DNA of 63,666 nt, the filler included, from Octopus bimaculoides (taxonomy: Eukaryota): NCBI RefSeq assembly GCF_001194135.2. It is 3 parts of 3 records of this genome, joined end to end, with 100 filler letters (N's around TTAATTAATTAA, not from the genome) between each part and the next. Parts side by side here need not be neighbours in the genome. Positions count along the whole stretch, not along the records: positions 54,311 to 63,666 come from NC_069005.1; 2 more parts are not named here. One strand, given 5' to 3'. Below, one piece after another: positions 62,718-63,666 of the stretch (position 1 is its first letter; each line of letters starts with the position of its first letter). The notes beneath the pieces are model-generated. The model did no database searches and was not told where the DNA came from. It worked only from the letters and a program-made list of their open reading frames with translations. The translations under genes and the position numbers were made by a program.

Positions 62718-63399
62718 TATTATTATTATTATTATTATTATTTTTATTTTTATTAATTTATTTGTCAGCATTCTTTCGTTACACACTCCGTGACCTCTTC
62801 AATGACCTTCTGTTGTTCGTCTCTTCTCTTCTTTGAGGTGTCGACTTGTCTCCTCCATTTTGTCTTTCAGGAACCTAAAGTGAAGATCTAAATAAACAGT
62901 GCGTGTGTTCATTGCCAAAGAAGCATAGACCAACCGCAGATATAACAATACATACCCACACACATACACACACACACACACACACACATACACACACACA
63001 CATAAACAANNNNNNNNNNGTATATATGTGTGTATGCGTATGTGTGCGTGTGTATATTCTTTAATTCTTTTATTTTTTCAGTTATCTTCGTGATAAAATT
63101 ATTTTAGTATTTTTTACCTTGTCTTATTTTCTTTATATATATATATATATATATATATTGATATACATGCTGTTATATTTGGGTTGGTTATAAATGGGAT
63201 GGTTATATGTATATATATGTACTGCTTTATCTAGGATGGTCATAAATTGGACCTCTGACACGCCTTGGTTGAATATATGTCAATTTGTCTGTCTGTTAGT
63301 CTATATATTTGTCTGCCTGTCTCTCTCTCTCACTCTCTCTATCTCTCTCTCTCTTCTTCTCTCTGTTTATCTATCAATTTATCTATCTGTGAATCCTAC

Positions 63400-63600
63400 T
63401 ACCGTTAATTCCTACGCAATTTCTTCTCTCTCCGTTTTTTCTTCTTTTTTCTTTTGTTTCGTTCTCTTTCCACTTTTTCATCTCAATGTTCCTGTCGAAG
63501 AGCGTAGGCTTGAAACGTCAAAGACTTTTCCATTCTTCCCGATCGTCATACTAATACACCCGCTTGTTGCTCCCTCACCTGTCTTATATAGATATATGTC
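63400..63600 (+). mobile_element. Penelope-like pLTR-type repeat, same family as 33390-33513
   Basis: cctgtcgaagagcgtaggcttgaaacgtcaaagac...cgtcatactaatac. Confidence 0.6.
63487..63525 (+). ncRNA. second copy of the CUGUNGA hammerhead-like variant, stem I disrupted
   Basis: CUGUCGA-A-GAGC guag GCUU-GAAACGUC-AAAGAC. Confidence 0.45.
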
Positions 63601-63666
63601 TGTATGATATAAAATGTAAGTACGTATAAATAATGTAGGTAGGTATATATATATATATATATATAT

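Overview
This is an AT-rich, gap-ridden eukaryotic window with no recognisable host gene, rRNA, true tRNA or CRISPR array. Almost all supplied ORFs are microsatellite or N-gap artefacts. The repeat inventory (tRNA-derived CORE-like and Meta-like SINEs, RTE, Tx1/L1, R4/RLE-type and Penelope-like retroelement fragments, mariner/maT and MITE relics, very dense (TA)n/(CA)n/(CATA)n/(GATA)n/(CT)n tracts) suggests an octopus genome; this is an inference. The most interesting signal is a set of hammerhead-ribozyme-like (HHR) motifs of the minimal, palindromic-stem-III type typical of Penelope-like elements (PLEs). They occur in several unrelated small repeat families: in the loops of fold-back hairpin elements (34.2 kb, 58.1 kb), as a family-level A6U core variant (33.5 kb, 63.5 kb), and as a relic in the 3' UTR of a (CATA)n-associated RLE-type LINE that forms tandem arrays (47.5-47.9 kb, 62.2 kb). 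Other notable items are a 334-bp MITE with a CAG target duplication whose ends form a precise GT...AG intron, a 1.3-kb palindrome, a LINE 3' end encoding three C2H2 fingers, and a left/right contrast in CpG decay. Two artificial TTAATTAATTAA scaffold linkers and a duplicated contig end are assembly artefacts. All family assignments were made by eye, without database searches.
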